Shown here: positions 35,221-48,673 of the stretch, one piece after another
How positions within the stretch are numbered: position 1 is the stretch's first letter
Layout: the number at the start of each line of letters is the position of its first letter
Assembly: GCA_012295275.1 (NCBI GenBank)
Contig: CM022674.1
Span: 10,106,001 to 10,170,000 of the forward strand
Reading direction: 5' to 3'
DNA length: 64,000 nt
DNA from: Chrysomallon squamiferum
Taxonomy: Eukaryota > Animalia > Mollusca
The notes under the pieces: generated by a model
What the model was told of the DNA's origin: nothing
The model's input: only the letters and a program-made list of their open reading frames with translations
Database searches by the model: none
Position numbers and translations under genes: made by a program

Positions 35221-35716
35221 TACAGACTTCAGGTAACAATCTAAAAAACAATAAATAAAATAATATTAAAAAAACAAACAAAAAAAACCAATTACATAAA
35301 AGCAAACAGTCACCGATTATTTCTTTTAATAACAAACAATTATTGGTTATCTAATTATTATTATTATTATTATTATTAATATTATTATTATTATTATATG
35401 CATCAGGTAACAACTATCAATCTGAAAAACAATAAACAAAATAGTATTAAAACACACACACACACACACAAACACACACATTCAAAACAACACATAAAAG
35501 CAAACATCCACCCATTATTTCTTTTAATAAAAAAAAAATATTAGTTATCTGATGATTATTATTATTATTATTATTATTATTAAAGACTTCAGGTAACAAC
35601 TATCAATCTAAAAAACAATAAATAAAATAATATTAAAAAGCACACACACAAAACAAACACATAAAAGCAAACATCCACCGGTTATTTCTTTTAATAAGAA
35701 ATAATTATTGGTTATC
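35221..35716. repeat. Tandem triplication of a unit of about 180 bp
   Basis: Three copies starting near 35225, 35401 and 35584: TCAGGTAACAA...ACATAAAAGCAAACA...TTATTTCTTTTAATAA...GTTATC, separated by (ATT)n. Confidence 0.9.
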
Positions 35717-36025
35717 GGATATTCCTGTTATTTGTATCTTGTATCTGTAAATACAAATCATTAATAGATAAAGAACTTTGTTCGTTAAAATGAGATAATT
35801 TTTTTTACAAAAGTACTACGTATTGACTACAACGAAAACACGTTAAATAATGTTATTATCAGGTCATGATACATTTATACAACACTATATTCATTACAGT
35901 GTAAAAAAACCCCTATATATATCATTTTAGAAATTTTATAGCACAATACAACAGTGACTCAATTCATGAACATACATATTAATATTGCATAAAAATATTA
36001 AATTAAAATATAACACAACATTCAC

Positions 36026-36065
36026 CTGCTCAAGATCTTCCGCTGCATCTCCGGGCATGCGCAAA
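36026..36065 (-). promoter_or_regulatory. Promoter and non-coding first exon of the DUF1647-like gene, divergent from CNTD1
   Basis: NRF1-like TGCGCATGCCCG on the minus strand, followed by a CAG|GTGAAT donor at 36025. An acceptor with a long pyrimidine tract lies near 34120, upstream of the ATG. Confidence 0.6.
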
Positions 36066-36319
36066 TAAATACTAAATAATCAACATACACGAATAAGGAA
36101 AATGATTTAATGTTGTACAGCAGAAGCATGTATCTTTAGACAGCTTTGTATTTCAGCTATACTCACATTTTAAAAACTTCCATGTCCTATTCAAACATTA
36201 CATTAAACAAGCACTTCATTTTTATATTTTTGATGTTAGATAATGCAAGCATTCATTGCAGTCCGAACTGTCTAAATCTTTGTCATCGTTTTGACTTTTG
36301 ATAACGAATGACTCGAGAG

Positions 36320-36350
<31 letters not shown>

Positions 36351-36450
36351 AAAAATTATTTCTTAAAATATTCAAGTTATCCAAGAGAGGTCAAAGGAAA
36401 AAAAAAAAAACCCCTTCTGTATATCGGAGTAATGCAAACCAATTTTTTAA

Positions 36451-36489
<39 letters not shown>

Positions 36490-37537
36490 TATTCTTATCT
36501 TTTTATTTATTTAATATATATATATATATTTCTGAGTACGAAATCATTAAAAAAATATAATAAAATAAATTAAAAAATTAAGCAATATTCATTAGTTAAT
36601 TACTGCCTTTGTAAGAGTTCATAAGTAATATTTTTCTCTAAACAGTTTATAAAAAAATTAAAAAGCCACCAAAAAAACAAACCAACCAAAAATCACCCAA
36701 TGAACAACTTTTAAAAACATAACAAAAATAAAAATTAATATCATAGTAAATAGTCTAATATATTCATACTGCTGAGGAAGAAAAGAGAAAGTTTAACTAT
36801 CTTGTTAAAATATTAAAATGTGGTTGCATAATAGTTCAGGACTGGAAGCATAATTATTTTTAAAAAGCTACATTTTCCAGTATACTGTTTCTGATTAAAT
36901 CTTTAATTATTAGAGATTTAAGCATCCATCACAACTTTTACATCTAATAATAATCAAGGCATATTGATATGACAGGTTATAACAAAATGAAGAATGGTTC
37001 TGTCACCTATAATGTCAGCTCTCTTCTTTTACAACAGATCTACAGCAAACATTAAATTAAATATTATCAGAGATATTTAGCATACTTTCAGAGTTCATGA
37101 AGTAAAAGTAAAATTTTAGAAAACTTTAAAATATGTACACACACACACACACACACACACATACATACTGTGTATAAAAGTTTATAAATAGCTATATCAA
37201 TTAATATGTCGGTAAATAAAAAATTTATAATAAATATAAATAGTGAAGTAAAATGTTATGTTTGCTGAATATTGTATCAAACTGAGAGATAAAGAAAATG
37301 TTCGTGCATATTTATATACTCACTCACATAAACATATACATGCAAAGATACTAAATAAATTGTAATTATCTTTGTTTTCTACATTGAAAGCCAATATATA
37401 TTTATTTGAAATAACCAAAGAGCCACATTTAATTAACAGTCAGTCAGATGATTTGTTGTCTTTACAGGGAATGGGTACTTACTTTCATCACAATGAATAG
37501 ACATAACAACAAGGAATTTATTTGAGACATTTGATTC

Positions 37538-40500
37538 ATGGCAGTGAAGCCTGCAGAAAATCATCGCAGTGTTAGAACGCTCTGCAGTATTCCAATTTTC
37601 AAGAATAATGACAGTAGAGTGACATCAGAGGTACTTCTTGACTGGTTGAACACTTTAAAAAATGAGAATTCTGAATTAATAAAAAATGCTTCATTTCACA
37701 GTGTAAGTTATTTTTGAATTTCTCTTCTCTTTATGAGAACAGCAACTGTTATTTGTAACACTGTATTGCAGAAACTTGTGATAGACTGTTGATATCAAAT
37801 TACCTTTTGTATATACATAAGATGTTGGGATAAACAAGTGTCTCATTATTTTGGAGAATTGTTCTGTTCAAAATTGGTAAAACTTAAAAAACTAACATCG
37901 ATAATATACTCCTCTGTGTTATCTGTCCTGAATAATGAAATACAACAGAATAAGACTTTTTTTATAATGCGTCATCTAAAACTGAATTACAAATTAATCA
38001 TTTTAAACTGTTAGTACAATTCAAAAAAAAGAAAGAAGTGAAATTATTATGGCTGCATATGTTTATGTTGAAAACAGAATGCCAGTTAAAAATATAGTTT
38101 GCCTTTGTTATATTATTTTGTATTGTTCCACTTTCCAGTATGCTTTATTTGTATTAAGTATGATCAATGACTGCAGAAGATGATAATTTTTATTTGTTGT
38201 ATAGGGGCTGTTTCAGCGATATGAAGCAGTAAGATATATATTTTTGGCATGTGACAAATTCAGTATGCCCATTGAAGTAAAATATGTTGCTACCGATCTG
38301 TTTGACAGGTAATATTAATACATATTCATTTCAAGCTAATGTCGTCCTTTATTTATTATTTAATTTTACAATAATGTTGTTGTTGTTTTTTTGTTGTTTT
38401 TTTACTGTAACATATTGCAAGTGTGAATTAATCTGAATGTACTTAAATTGAACCTAGCAAACTAACTTCATTTTGAATAATTCAACATTATAGTTCTTAT
38501 TTGTTTACAACTATATCTTTGCTTACAATAAAATAAGTTCCAAATAAATTATATTATTATTATTGTAATCTCATTTTATAAACAGTTGCTGAGTTGTATG
38601 AATAAAAGAAATATAAAAAGGGATCACTGTAAACTGCAGTCATTCTTTTGAACTTGTTATTATAAATAAAATGAATAAAACACTATAATACATTTTTTCA
38701 GGCAGTTGTTTACTTAGAAACACATGAAATAATTTGTGACTGTTCTTAATCTAGGTTTATGATCAAACATTCTCAAGATCTGTTTGATCATGTCAAAAAC
38801 AGTGACACAAAACACAAAGTAAAAGAGTTTCAGAGAATACAAAAACGAGTTAAGAAACAACTGATTTTACGAATGATTTCCTGCTGTCAAATTGCCAGCA
38901 AGCTAGCAGCACACTATACGGTATTGTTCTTGTATTTCTGTTATGTATTTATTCTGTAAAATTTAGTAACTTTCAGAATTTATTTTGTTTGTATGAGCAA
39001 GATGGATCAGTATGTAGCTTGTGGGTAAACCATACCTTTGCCTTATTGGTCTATCCAGTCAGTGCCCACAGACTGGATATTTTTAAAAAGAACAAACAAA
39101 CAAAATAGAAATGATAATTTTATTTTAGAAACACCATAAATAATGTTAAAATTTTTTAATAATGTATCTTTGCTTATGTGTGTGTATTAAAACTAATACG
39201 TGTGTGTTTTTGTGTGTGTGCGTATATTATTAATAGATTAAGAAAATAATTGACTGTACACAGGTTATATCTACAATGAAAGCAAGACGATATCTTTTAG
39301 AAGCTGGGTACCGTTATAATCCTGAGAGTATATTACAGTCAGAAATGCGAGTGTTAAAAACTCTGGATTACAAACTGGCTACTGCCTCACCTCTCTTGTT
39401 TGTTGAAATTCTTCTTGAAATTCTTGGTAAGTGTAGATTAAAAACATTAATATTTACTCACTGTCTTTTTTTGCTGAGGGATATTGCCTCTTTTTTTTTT
39501 TTTTAAGTTTTTTTATTCTTCATCTTTATCTTTATCATCATTTAAAAAATATTGTCTAATAGAAAAGATGTTGTCATATAATTAAAGTTTTAGAGTACAA
39601 AACATGTTTTCCATATTAAAAATGATTAATTATTTTAATCTTAGATAATATTAATAATTATTAATAACATTTTTTTTGTTTTTTTAATATTTCTTTGTCA
39701 AATATGTATATATTTTCAAAAATAATATGTTCTTTTTTTCTTTTTTTAGAAATAAACTGCAAGTGACATTAAATATATCAAAGTATGCTGTTATTTTGTC
39801 AGATAAAATGTATTCATATGGAGTTATTACCTTATGTTTGAAGAATTATGTGCTTAGATCAGTGGTTAAAATGTGATCTGATGTGATTAAAAATCAGTGC
39901 TTCTATTTCTAGCTCAGAATGATAACATGCTAAAAGTAGATCAGTATCATCCTAAAGCAGTCAGTTTTTTGGATCTTCTCTTTTTGAAGTCTGATGAAAT
40001 ATCTGGAAGATTTCACTTGAAAATTGCAGGAAGTCTGAAGAAGTTAACAGGAAAAATGTAGGTATACAAATTAGATAAAACAGAAAACGAAAGCAACATT
40101 TTAGTAATAGATTAAAGCACTAGTTTTTAATCTTTTTCATACCGCAACCCCTTATCAGCAGCTCAGTATGATCGATGACCCCCTTTAAACATTTTATTCA
40201 ATAATATCTAGGGTTACCATATTTTCATCAACCAAAGACAGTACAAAAGGAATCTATCTTCACTAAGATGGGATCCAAACCTATCTACATGTTTTTATTT
40301 ATTCCTCTTTCCAAGTCATGTTGAAAAAAAGCTAAAACATACCCTCGCTCAAGAACAATCTCATGACCCCCAGAAAAAAGGCTGGCGACCCATAGGTTGA
40401 AAGCCTGTGGATTAAAGGATCATTTTTTGCTTATTATAATTTTTTATTTCTTTTTGCAAACATTTTTATTGCTTGTCTTTTAAGCTGCTACCTAAATTAA

Positions 40501-41344
40501 AATGATGTCAGAATAAAATAAAATTTTAGAATTTGCAAAAAAGAAAAAACATTTCCTGAAACATTTTTCTATTACCTACAAATTTCTTACTTCAACATTT
40601 TATTTTTTAGTCATTTTTAATTTTCTAACTTTTTAATTTTTTGTATTTTTTAAAAATTTGTTTGTAGAAATGAACTGCAAGTGGTGAAAATGAACAAAGT
40701 TTTAATTTCTTCGTCTGTGATTATTGCAGCTGTTTACTCTGTTGATCAGGACTCTACAGATAATGTAAGTTGTTTTATTTGAATGTTCTTTTCATTTTCT
40801 AGTCCATTCTGTTTACCATATCTGAAAGCATACCACTGGCATTATGAATAAATAGTTTAATAAAATTCTTTATACTTCCAAGATATTATTGTATCAATTT
40901 TGGTGACTGCTCATAACTAAGTCTGACAGTAAAATAATACTGTTACCAAACATTTTATCCCTTTACAGCTGAAGTCACAAGAGTTGGAGTTTTCTTAGGC
41001 TAGAAGTGGTTTGATCCACCCTGTGTGTGATTATGTCACAACTACAGAATCGTAGCAGCAACCAAATATTTGTTATACTCTTTTATTGTTACTAAGATTG
41101 AACTGTAAAAATACATATAAAACAAAAGTTGGAAGTATGCAGAACATATTTAAACTATATCTGCATCTCTGATGTTTGTACTTTAATATACAATTATTTT
41201 TTAGACATTTGTTTTTATTCATTTGTTTCATTTTAGGTTATTAAACTTTTACTGAAAACAACTGACCTGTCAGAGGGCATTATACTTCAGTTGTCAACCT
41301 GCCTTATAGAAATGGTGTTGGAGAAGGGCAGAATATCAGAATGA
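37538..41344 (+). CDS. CNTD1: Cyclin N-terminal domain-containing protein 1 (COSA-1 orthologue, meiotic crossover factor), 7 exons, about 315 aa
   Basis: Exons 37538-37702, 38205-38308, 38755-38920, 39264-39426, 39913-40057, 40668-40764, 41237-41344; 948 nt in frame. Motifs YVATDLFDRFM, LRMISCCQIASKL and SEMRVLKTLDYKL..SPLLFVEILLEIL align with recalled human CNTD1. Confidence 0.88.
40118..40409. mobile_element. hAT (Charlie/Buster-like) MITE in CNTD1 intron 5
   Basis: Perfect 8-bp TSD GATTAAAG (40110-40117 and 40410-40417), of NNNTANNN type. Imperfect 16-bp TIRs CACTAGTTTTTAATCT and CACAGGCTTTCAACCT, with internal GACCC(C) subterminal motifs. Confidence 0.85.
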
Positions 41345-43834
41345 AATTATTTAAATTAGAACAGAATAATAATAATAATAATAATAATAATATTAAAGAA
41401 AAAAGCAACAACATTACAATGTTGATTTCTTACAATTTCAATCTCACCAGTGAGGACATAGTTGTCAGTAGTATTTTAAAAATTACTTTCACATCACTTA
41501 TTGTCTTATTTCATAGATTATTTCCAACATTACCTTTTAATTGTTATTTTAAGATATCATATTAAAAAACCTCTATCATATTGAAGTTAGCTTCAAAATT
41601 AAAAGTTGTGCAAAGGCCAGAAATGTTGTCCTATATCACTACTAAAATGTTACCATTAAATAGGTGAAAAAAAAGGAAATCGTTTGAAACTTAATAAACA
41701 TAAAAACATATTTGCTATTATCTAAAAGATATTTTTCTTTTTTCCTTTATTGTTTTCAATTGATAAACAAAATTTAGGATTCATAATACATATGAATTCC
41801 AGATCTGAAGGTGCATAATGATTTTGTATTTTTTTATTTTATTTTTTTTCAGTTTATACTGGTGACTGAAATCACTTATGATTGATGTTGGTACAAATAG
41901 ATGTGGGTTTTTTTTTATGTTGTTTTGTTTTTGTTTTTTAATCAGATTTTATATACATATATTTTTTTATTCCTTCAAATCAATCATTTATTTTTCTATC
42001 AAATTGATAATTTGTAATTCAACTGCTGTTGAGACTGTGTAACACGGTTACTGATGGTTATAGTTAATATTTTTTCAGTGGGGAAACTTTTATTAATTTC
42101 TTTCTTTTTTATTCAGTTTTATTTAGCTGATAATTTAAAGATGGATTTAAAAGAAAATTACATGGTTTGATTGTTTTCCCTTACTCTTAATTTGAGATAT
42201 TTTGTCAATGATCTGTGATACTTATTTTGTTGTTCATATACATTTTATGGTGCTATACATTTATCATTCTTATTATTATTGTATAATAATTAATTGTATA
42301 TGGATTTGTAGCTCTGATATTTTACATCTGATTACTGTGATCCAAAGCAGCAGGATATTATGCTGATAAACTTGTGTAACATTCTGTTAAAAACATTTAA
42401 GTATTGTTGTTTTTTTAAATTTAATATTAATGTAATATTCATGTACATAAACTTATATTAATCAAGCTACAAGCAGTAAGTTTAGCAAGCTAAGTAGTTC
42501 ATGACATGATACTGAAATTTAAGTAGATATAGAAAATCTAAATAAATAAATAAATTTTAAAAATTCTCTGTATGATGTTGGTTGACAGACTAACATGGTG
42601 AAAGTCCGATAATGCAGGTTTTTCAAATACACGTTAATCTACAATGGAAATAAATATATTTCTAAACAATTTGTTTTCGTGCTTCAAACAATTTTTTTTT
42701 TACCAAGTTTAAATATTTATGATTAAATATAATTTGTTAATTCATTTTTAAATGCAGAACAATGAAAAATATTAATTAATATAATCATTAAAAAAAAAAT
42801 TCTAAAATATAAGAAAGCAAAGTAGACATTAACATATTCTCTTTATAAATTTCAAAACATAACTGATGTAATTTTTTAATAAAAATAATTGATCACTTAT
42901 TATTTCATTACTTTGATAGGTAATTGCAAATTACTTGATATGTTAAAGATATGCTGTTACAAATCTCATTTAACTTTTTTATGTTAACTACTGATATGCT
43001 AGCCTTAATGTGATAAAATGTGATACTGTTGTTTTTATTTTCAAATGTTTGTTATTTTGTTAATAAATTACATTTAAAAGTATTTAGTTTTATTGTTTTC
43101 TCTTCTTTTTTTTCTTTTTTTTCATTTGCTTTGTTGTTTTTTTAAAGAATTTTTCTTCAAATATCTTTATAGTAAGTTTTGAATTTATTTGTATTGTTTT
43201 TATTTGGGTTTTATTACTAAAGTTATTATGCTGATTAGATGAGAATAATTTTTTGAATGCACAGTAAAGCTCGCTTGTGTGTGATGATATAATAGTTTCG
43301 CATAAAATATTATAATTTCATCAGTTCAGATGAAATAGTGTTGTGGTTGTTTTTGTTTTTTTTTAAATTGGGGAGGGGTATTACATTATAAATGAAAACG
43401 ATTTTTTCTCAAAAATTAGTATTTTCATTTATAATGTAATACTCATCGATCCAAAATTATAATATGTTAATGTCTAAATGATCAGTGTTTCGATATTTTA
43501 AAATGTTTGTTTAATAATGATTTTCATTTTGGTATATTTATAGTAAGTATCGAACATTTCTTCTAATGGTTGGTGAAGAGACACAAAACATGTTCCTGTC
43601 ACAGACAGGCGTTTTTTATAAGAATAAACTGGATTTTTAATATTTAATAAATATAAAATAAAATAATTTCATTATATTTATTTATTGATAACTGACCCTG
43701 CTGTGGGTTACTGGTTGGAATGTACCTTATATATATTGTAACTGTTACGCCTTTAGGTTTTTATTTTTGCGAAATGATTCGGAAAGTTCCGATGTTTAAC
43801 CTAAATGACCGATATCCACTTCGCCTTTTCAATT

Positions 43835-43844
43835 ATGACGTCAT
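43835..43844. promoter_or_regulatory. Full palindromic CRE (ATGACGTCAT) in a CpG-containing patch about 1 kb upstream of MED4
   Basis: Perfect 10-bp palindrome inside the CpG-enriched segment 43745-43890. Confidence 0.45.
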
Positions 43845-44348
43845 CAATGCTCGTTTATATAGAAACGATTCATAGTTTTAAATAACTACGCTTTTATAAG
43901 GCAGTGTATTTGTTCTATATAATTATGTCAGTTAATTTTAAAAATAAATGGTTGTGTTATTAATAAGCTTATTAAAGGCGAACAACTAAATAAAATAACA
44001 TTTTAAGTTTAAATATACTGACAAGACAAATGAAATATATAATTTTTTAAAATAAACTCTAAATGGATAAAATCGACGATAGGGATATCGATGTTGATAT
44101 AGGCATGTAAATAAAGAAGCAAACTACAAAAGTAGCAAGAAAATCTATTATGAAAAAACAGGAGACATTTAATTGGCTTTTAACACATTAATTTACAATT
44201 ATGCAATAAAGTAAGGATTATGGAATACAATAATAATAATTTGTTTACTTTTTCTTGCACATGTTCATCGAAGGATCCACATCGACGACGGTCATCGACG
44301 TCTATGGGCAAAACCATTCGGTACAGGGAAACAGTAACACATGAATAG

Positions 44349-44349
<1 letters not shown>

Positions 44350-44411
<62 letters not shown>

Positions 44412-44412
44412 T
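44350..44412. repeat. (ATT)n microsatellite
   Basis: About 20 perfect units. Confidence 0.95.
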
Positions 44413-44830
44413 GAAAATAAATTTAGTGAACTATCAAACTGGGCTTATATAGATATATAAATTTACATTCAAACTGGTATCTCTGGAATTAGTTTATGGA
44501 TTTGATCGACTAAGAATATTAAATTATTTTAGGCAGAAAAAAACCCCCAGAGTAATCAAAATATGAACGGTCTTTTTCTTTTACATTTGTTTTGTTTAAT
44601 GAAATTCAAGACAGAGTCAGCTAATCGTTTACAATTCTTGTATAAAAATTGGAGGTACAATAGTAAGACGTACTATTACGAATAATCAGGAGACATATGT
44701 ATCTGTTGTACACATTACTCTGTATATTCTGTGGTGAAATAATAATAATGAGAAGAAGAAGAAGAAGAAGGAGAACAAGAATAGTGATGAGGATGATACT
44801 TAAAGGAGGAAATTAACACAGCAAACAAAA

Positions 44831-47506
44831 ATGGCAGCTCCATCTCCGAGTTGTAGTACGCGACAGAAACTTTTGTCATTAATTGAAGACATTGAAATAA
44901 TATCAAAGTATGATAATTGGTTTTAAATAAAATTATAAATAAACAGTTTTTAAGAACAAATAAAATTGCTGTTAAGAACTTGATATTTTCTATTAACAGT
45001 ATTTAATCTAGGAACTGCTTGGTTAAATGATAAAATTATAAATGATAAATCATTAAATGTGAGAAATGATGTTTATTTATTTATTTTATTAACGATCATA
45101 CATTCTTTCTTCTACAGTCACACAATTTGAATTTTCTCAATAGCTGTTTCACATAAAAAAACAAAAAAATAAATTCGAGACTTTAAATTTAATGAACTGA
45201 TAATCGCAAATTTCTGCCGTTCACTAGTACAGTGAAAATTATAAACATTAATGTTAAAAGCTTTGCAAATTTGTGCCAAAATACGTCGCTTTTAAAGATA
45301 CATTATTCCAGATTTAATTAAATTGTTATACTTTCGTTAGTTCACAATTGCCTATTGGTGTTTCAGTATTGATGGACCATGATGTATGCAAGTGTCTATA
45401 TTACTGTATTTCGACCATATTTGATTCTTTGATATCAGCATCCATATTCAATACTGTATTTATTTTTAAGAGAACTTTTCGAAGCTATGAGTTCATCTAA
45501 AGGTCAACAGAAAACGGACACTTCTGACACAGTATCTCTAATGGAACTACTTGTAGAGAAGGATAAAGAAATCAAATCAACTTTGAAACTTGGTACTATT
45601 ATTATTCACTTTAACATGGATTTAGAAAAATATAAAACACTAAAGAGCAATTTATCTTCTTAAAAGAAGAAACCATTTTAAAAACTTAACAAAGCTGACA
45701 TATTTCAGTAATAAAATAAAAACAACTGAGAAATTAATATGTTTGTGTTTGATTTTTAATTACTTTTTAAAAAGATAAAGATTTTAAAAGGACAACAAAA
45801 TTAATATAATTTTTTTTTTTTTTTAATGGAGCTTATTTTGACTTCAATTTATGTTTATTAAAATATATAGGTTTTTTTTACAATTAAAATGAAAATGTTT
45901 TTATTTTAGCCGAAGAACAGGCATCTATCCAGCAGATTATAGATGGATTAAAACAAGATGTAGACAGGAGAGATATAGAAATTAAAAACCTGCAGCGTAA
46001 TCTCAAAGAAGCTGAAACGATACTGGTAAACACTGACAGTTTGGCTGAGTTATTTAACAGGATTTTTCCTTATGTTACCAATGTCCTCATAAATCTTTCC
46101 CTTAGTGTTTATTTGTGGTCATGTTTCTACCTTAGTCTATAGAAAGTGTGCCAGAAAGAACAGAAAGTTTATTTATTGTGTTAATAAGACAAATTTACAT
46201 AGGATTGATGAAATCTTTATAAAATAAATTTTTTACACTGTCATATTAAAATAATTAAATTAGACTTTTTTAAAATTATTTATTAATATATTATTTCCCA
46301 AGAAATATAATATGTTTGTATGTGTATATATGTGTGTGTGTGTATATATATATATATATGTGTGTATATATATATATATATGTAAATGTAAATTTAGTTA
46401 CTGATATTTGTAATTCAGTACCATTGAGTTAAATCTGAATGTTCTAAATGGTTAATACATTGTTTTTGTGGACTGGTTGTTAAAGAAGAAAATCATGTCC
46501 ACTTTGGCATTCCAGATATATTGAATAAATTGTAAGATGTTTTATTTTGCAGGCCACTGCTATATATCAAGCTAGACAAAAGCTCAACAGCATATCTCAA
46601 GCAAATAAAAAGACAATTTCTTCTGAAGAGCTCATCAAGTTTGCTCATAGAATTAGTTCTAGTAATGCTGTAGCTGCACCTGTTACCTGGGCTCCAGGTA
46701 TTTCTGTTTGTTCACACTGACATCATAAAACTGAATTAAAAACATATAAAAGGCATTCCATCCATCATAAAATTATATTTCAAAATTATTTTATTATTTA
46801 TTTTTAACTATAAGAAATCTGATTAAGAATAATAAGAATGTGGGTATGTTTGTTTTACTTAATAAGTCCTCCAAATAATTCATAGGTGATCCTCGCAGAC
46901 CTTACCCCACTGACTTAGAGATGCGACATGGATTTTTAGCACAACAAGGCTCATATACAGAGAGTGCCAGTACAACAACACGACAGACACCAGTTCATCC
47001 AGTACAGTCAGGTAACAGATTTGTAGTTTCTGTTAGAGATCAGGATTATTACAGACAACACAGGTGTTTTAAAATACAGCAGTTTAATCACAACAGGAAC
47101 ATTTATTGTTAAATTCTGGAATTAGATTTTAAAATAAATCTAAGTTATTAAAATCAAATGAAATATTAACAGAAATTTTAGATCTCACAGCAGTTGGAGC
47201 TTCAGATTAAAAATAAAAATAATTTACAACCATCCCTGGTATAATTTTTAAAACACAGAAAGAGTTTTGTCGAAACATTTTTTCATAATCTTTAATGAGA
47301 ATTTGTCTTTTATATTTTCAGATCACACTGTTCAAAGTTCTGGATCATTGTCATGGCAACCATCACAATCACAAGATATTCCAGTTCCTTTGCTGTCAAG
47401 CACACCTCAACACACAGTTACAGAAATGAAGGGACATAACAAGGAAAATGAAGAAGTAGAACTAATGTCTAGTGACTCCTCTGATAGCAGTTCCAGTGTG
47501 GACTGA
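44831..47506 (+). CDS. MED4: Mediator complex subunit 4, 6 exons, about 256 aa
   Basis: Exons 44831-44907, 45471-45592, 45910-46025, 46553-46697, 46886-47011, 47322-47506; 771 nt. Motifs: [53 protein letters not shown], and C-terminal [11 protein letters not shown]. Confidence 0.96.
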
Positions 47507-48519
47507 ATTGGACTTTGACTCAATAACTGGAATCGTGGAGACCTGCAGATACTTTAGTCCACTGGTAATGGCATACCTGAAATTTGGATTTCATGGCATA
47601 GATTGCAGTAATCTTTGTCAGTCTTTGATTTAAAGTTGATGAGATGAACCCTAAATCTGACAGATTATTTTGAATAGTAGGCTCAGATATTGTCTATTAA
47701 TATTTAAAATTCTGTCATCAACTCACAATCTGTGAATGTAGAAGAATTGTTATGAAAATTGTTAACTAAGCTATGAATTATTTTCAATGTTCAAACTGCA
47801 GAATCAAATATGGATACATGACAAAATCATATAGATGTTGCTGTTTTTCCTCATCCCAGGCAGGATCATGGGACAAAGTTCTCATAAGGTGCATCATTGT
47901 AAGATAAGCAGATGAAATAAATAAATTTTATATGCTCAGCATTTTGTATTTTATTTTATTTTTTAATAACCTCCAACAAAATGAGAAACTGCTAAAACAG
48001 ATTACCACATATATTTTGAATATTTTTGTCACGGAAAATATTATACATTTCAGACAAGATTTTTTTATTTTGCTATTGCTGGATTTCCACTAAAAATAAT
48101 TGAAGATCTGAACATCTGGTCACTTATTTCATATTCTATTCTAACAGTGAACATCATTTCTATTTAATACAATACAGTCTGGAAGGTGCCAATTTATTCT
48201 GAAAACGAAAAATACTTTAACATGGAGGGAAAAATAAACGGTGTACATCCCAGATTTAATGAACATATGATTTACAATGTTATGTATAAGCAGTAAGTAT
48301 TTTGAATTACAAACCAGTACGAATTTTCTATTTATATGTGACATAGTATTTATATCTAACAGTTTTACTGCTAGCTATAACAATATATTACTGATTGATG
48401 TTAATACAACAAAATAGGAATAAGAAAATAAAGTATTATTCACTGATTATGAGAAATAAACAATGCTAAGAAGAATAGAAACACTCAGGAATATTAACGT
48501 TGAAAAATATGTCAACCAA

Positions 48520-48553
<34 letters not shown>

Positions 48554-48619
48554 GTTGTTGTTGTTATTATTATTATTATTATAGTTATTGTTATTTAATA
48601 AATTATAAGTAATAGAAGA

Positions 48620-48673
<54 letters not shown>

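Noticed and set aside
35221-35716. Repeat-spacer appearance suggesting a CRISPR array
   Set aside because: Units are about 180 bp, the spacers are microsatellites, there are no cas genes, and the context is eukaryotic.
44265-44330. GTCTATGGGCAAAACC resembling the 5' end of 5S rRNA
   Set aside because: The similarity does not extend, and there are no internal A/C boxes or terminal stem.
44800-44833. AAGGAGG Shine-Dalgarno-like sequence upstream of the MED4 ATG
   Set aside because: MED4 is a spliced eukaryotic gene, the motif is about 20 nt from the ATG, and it is part of a purine-rich leader.
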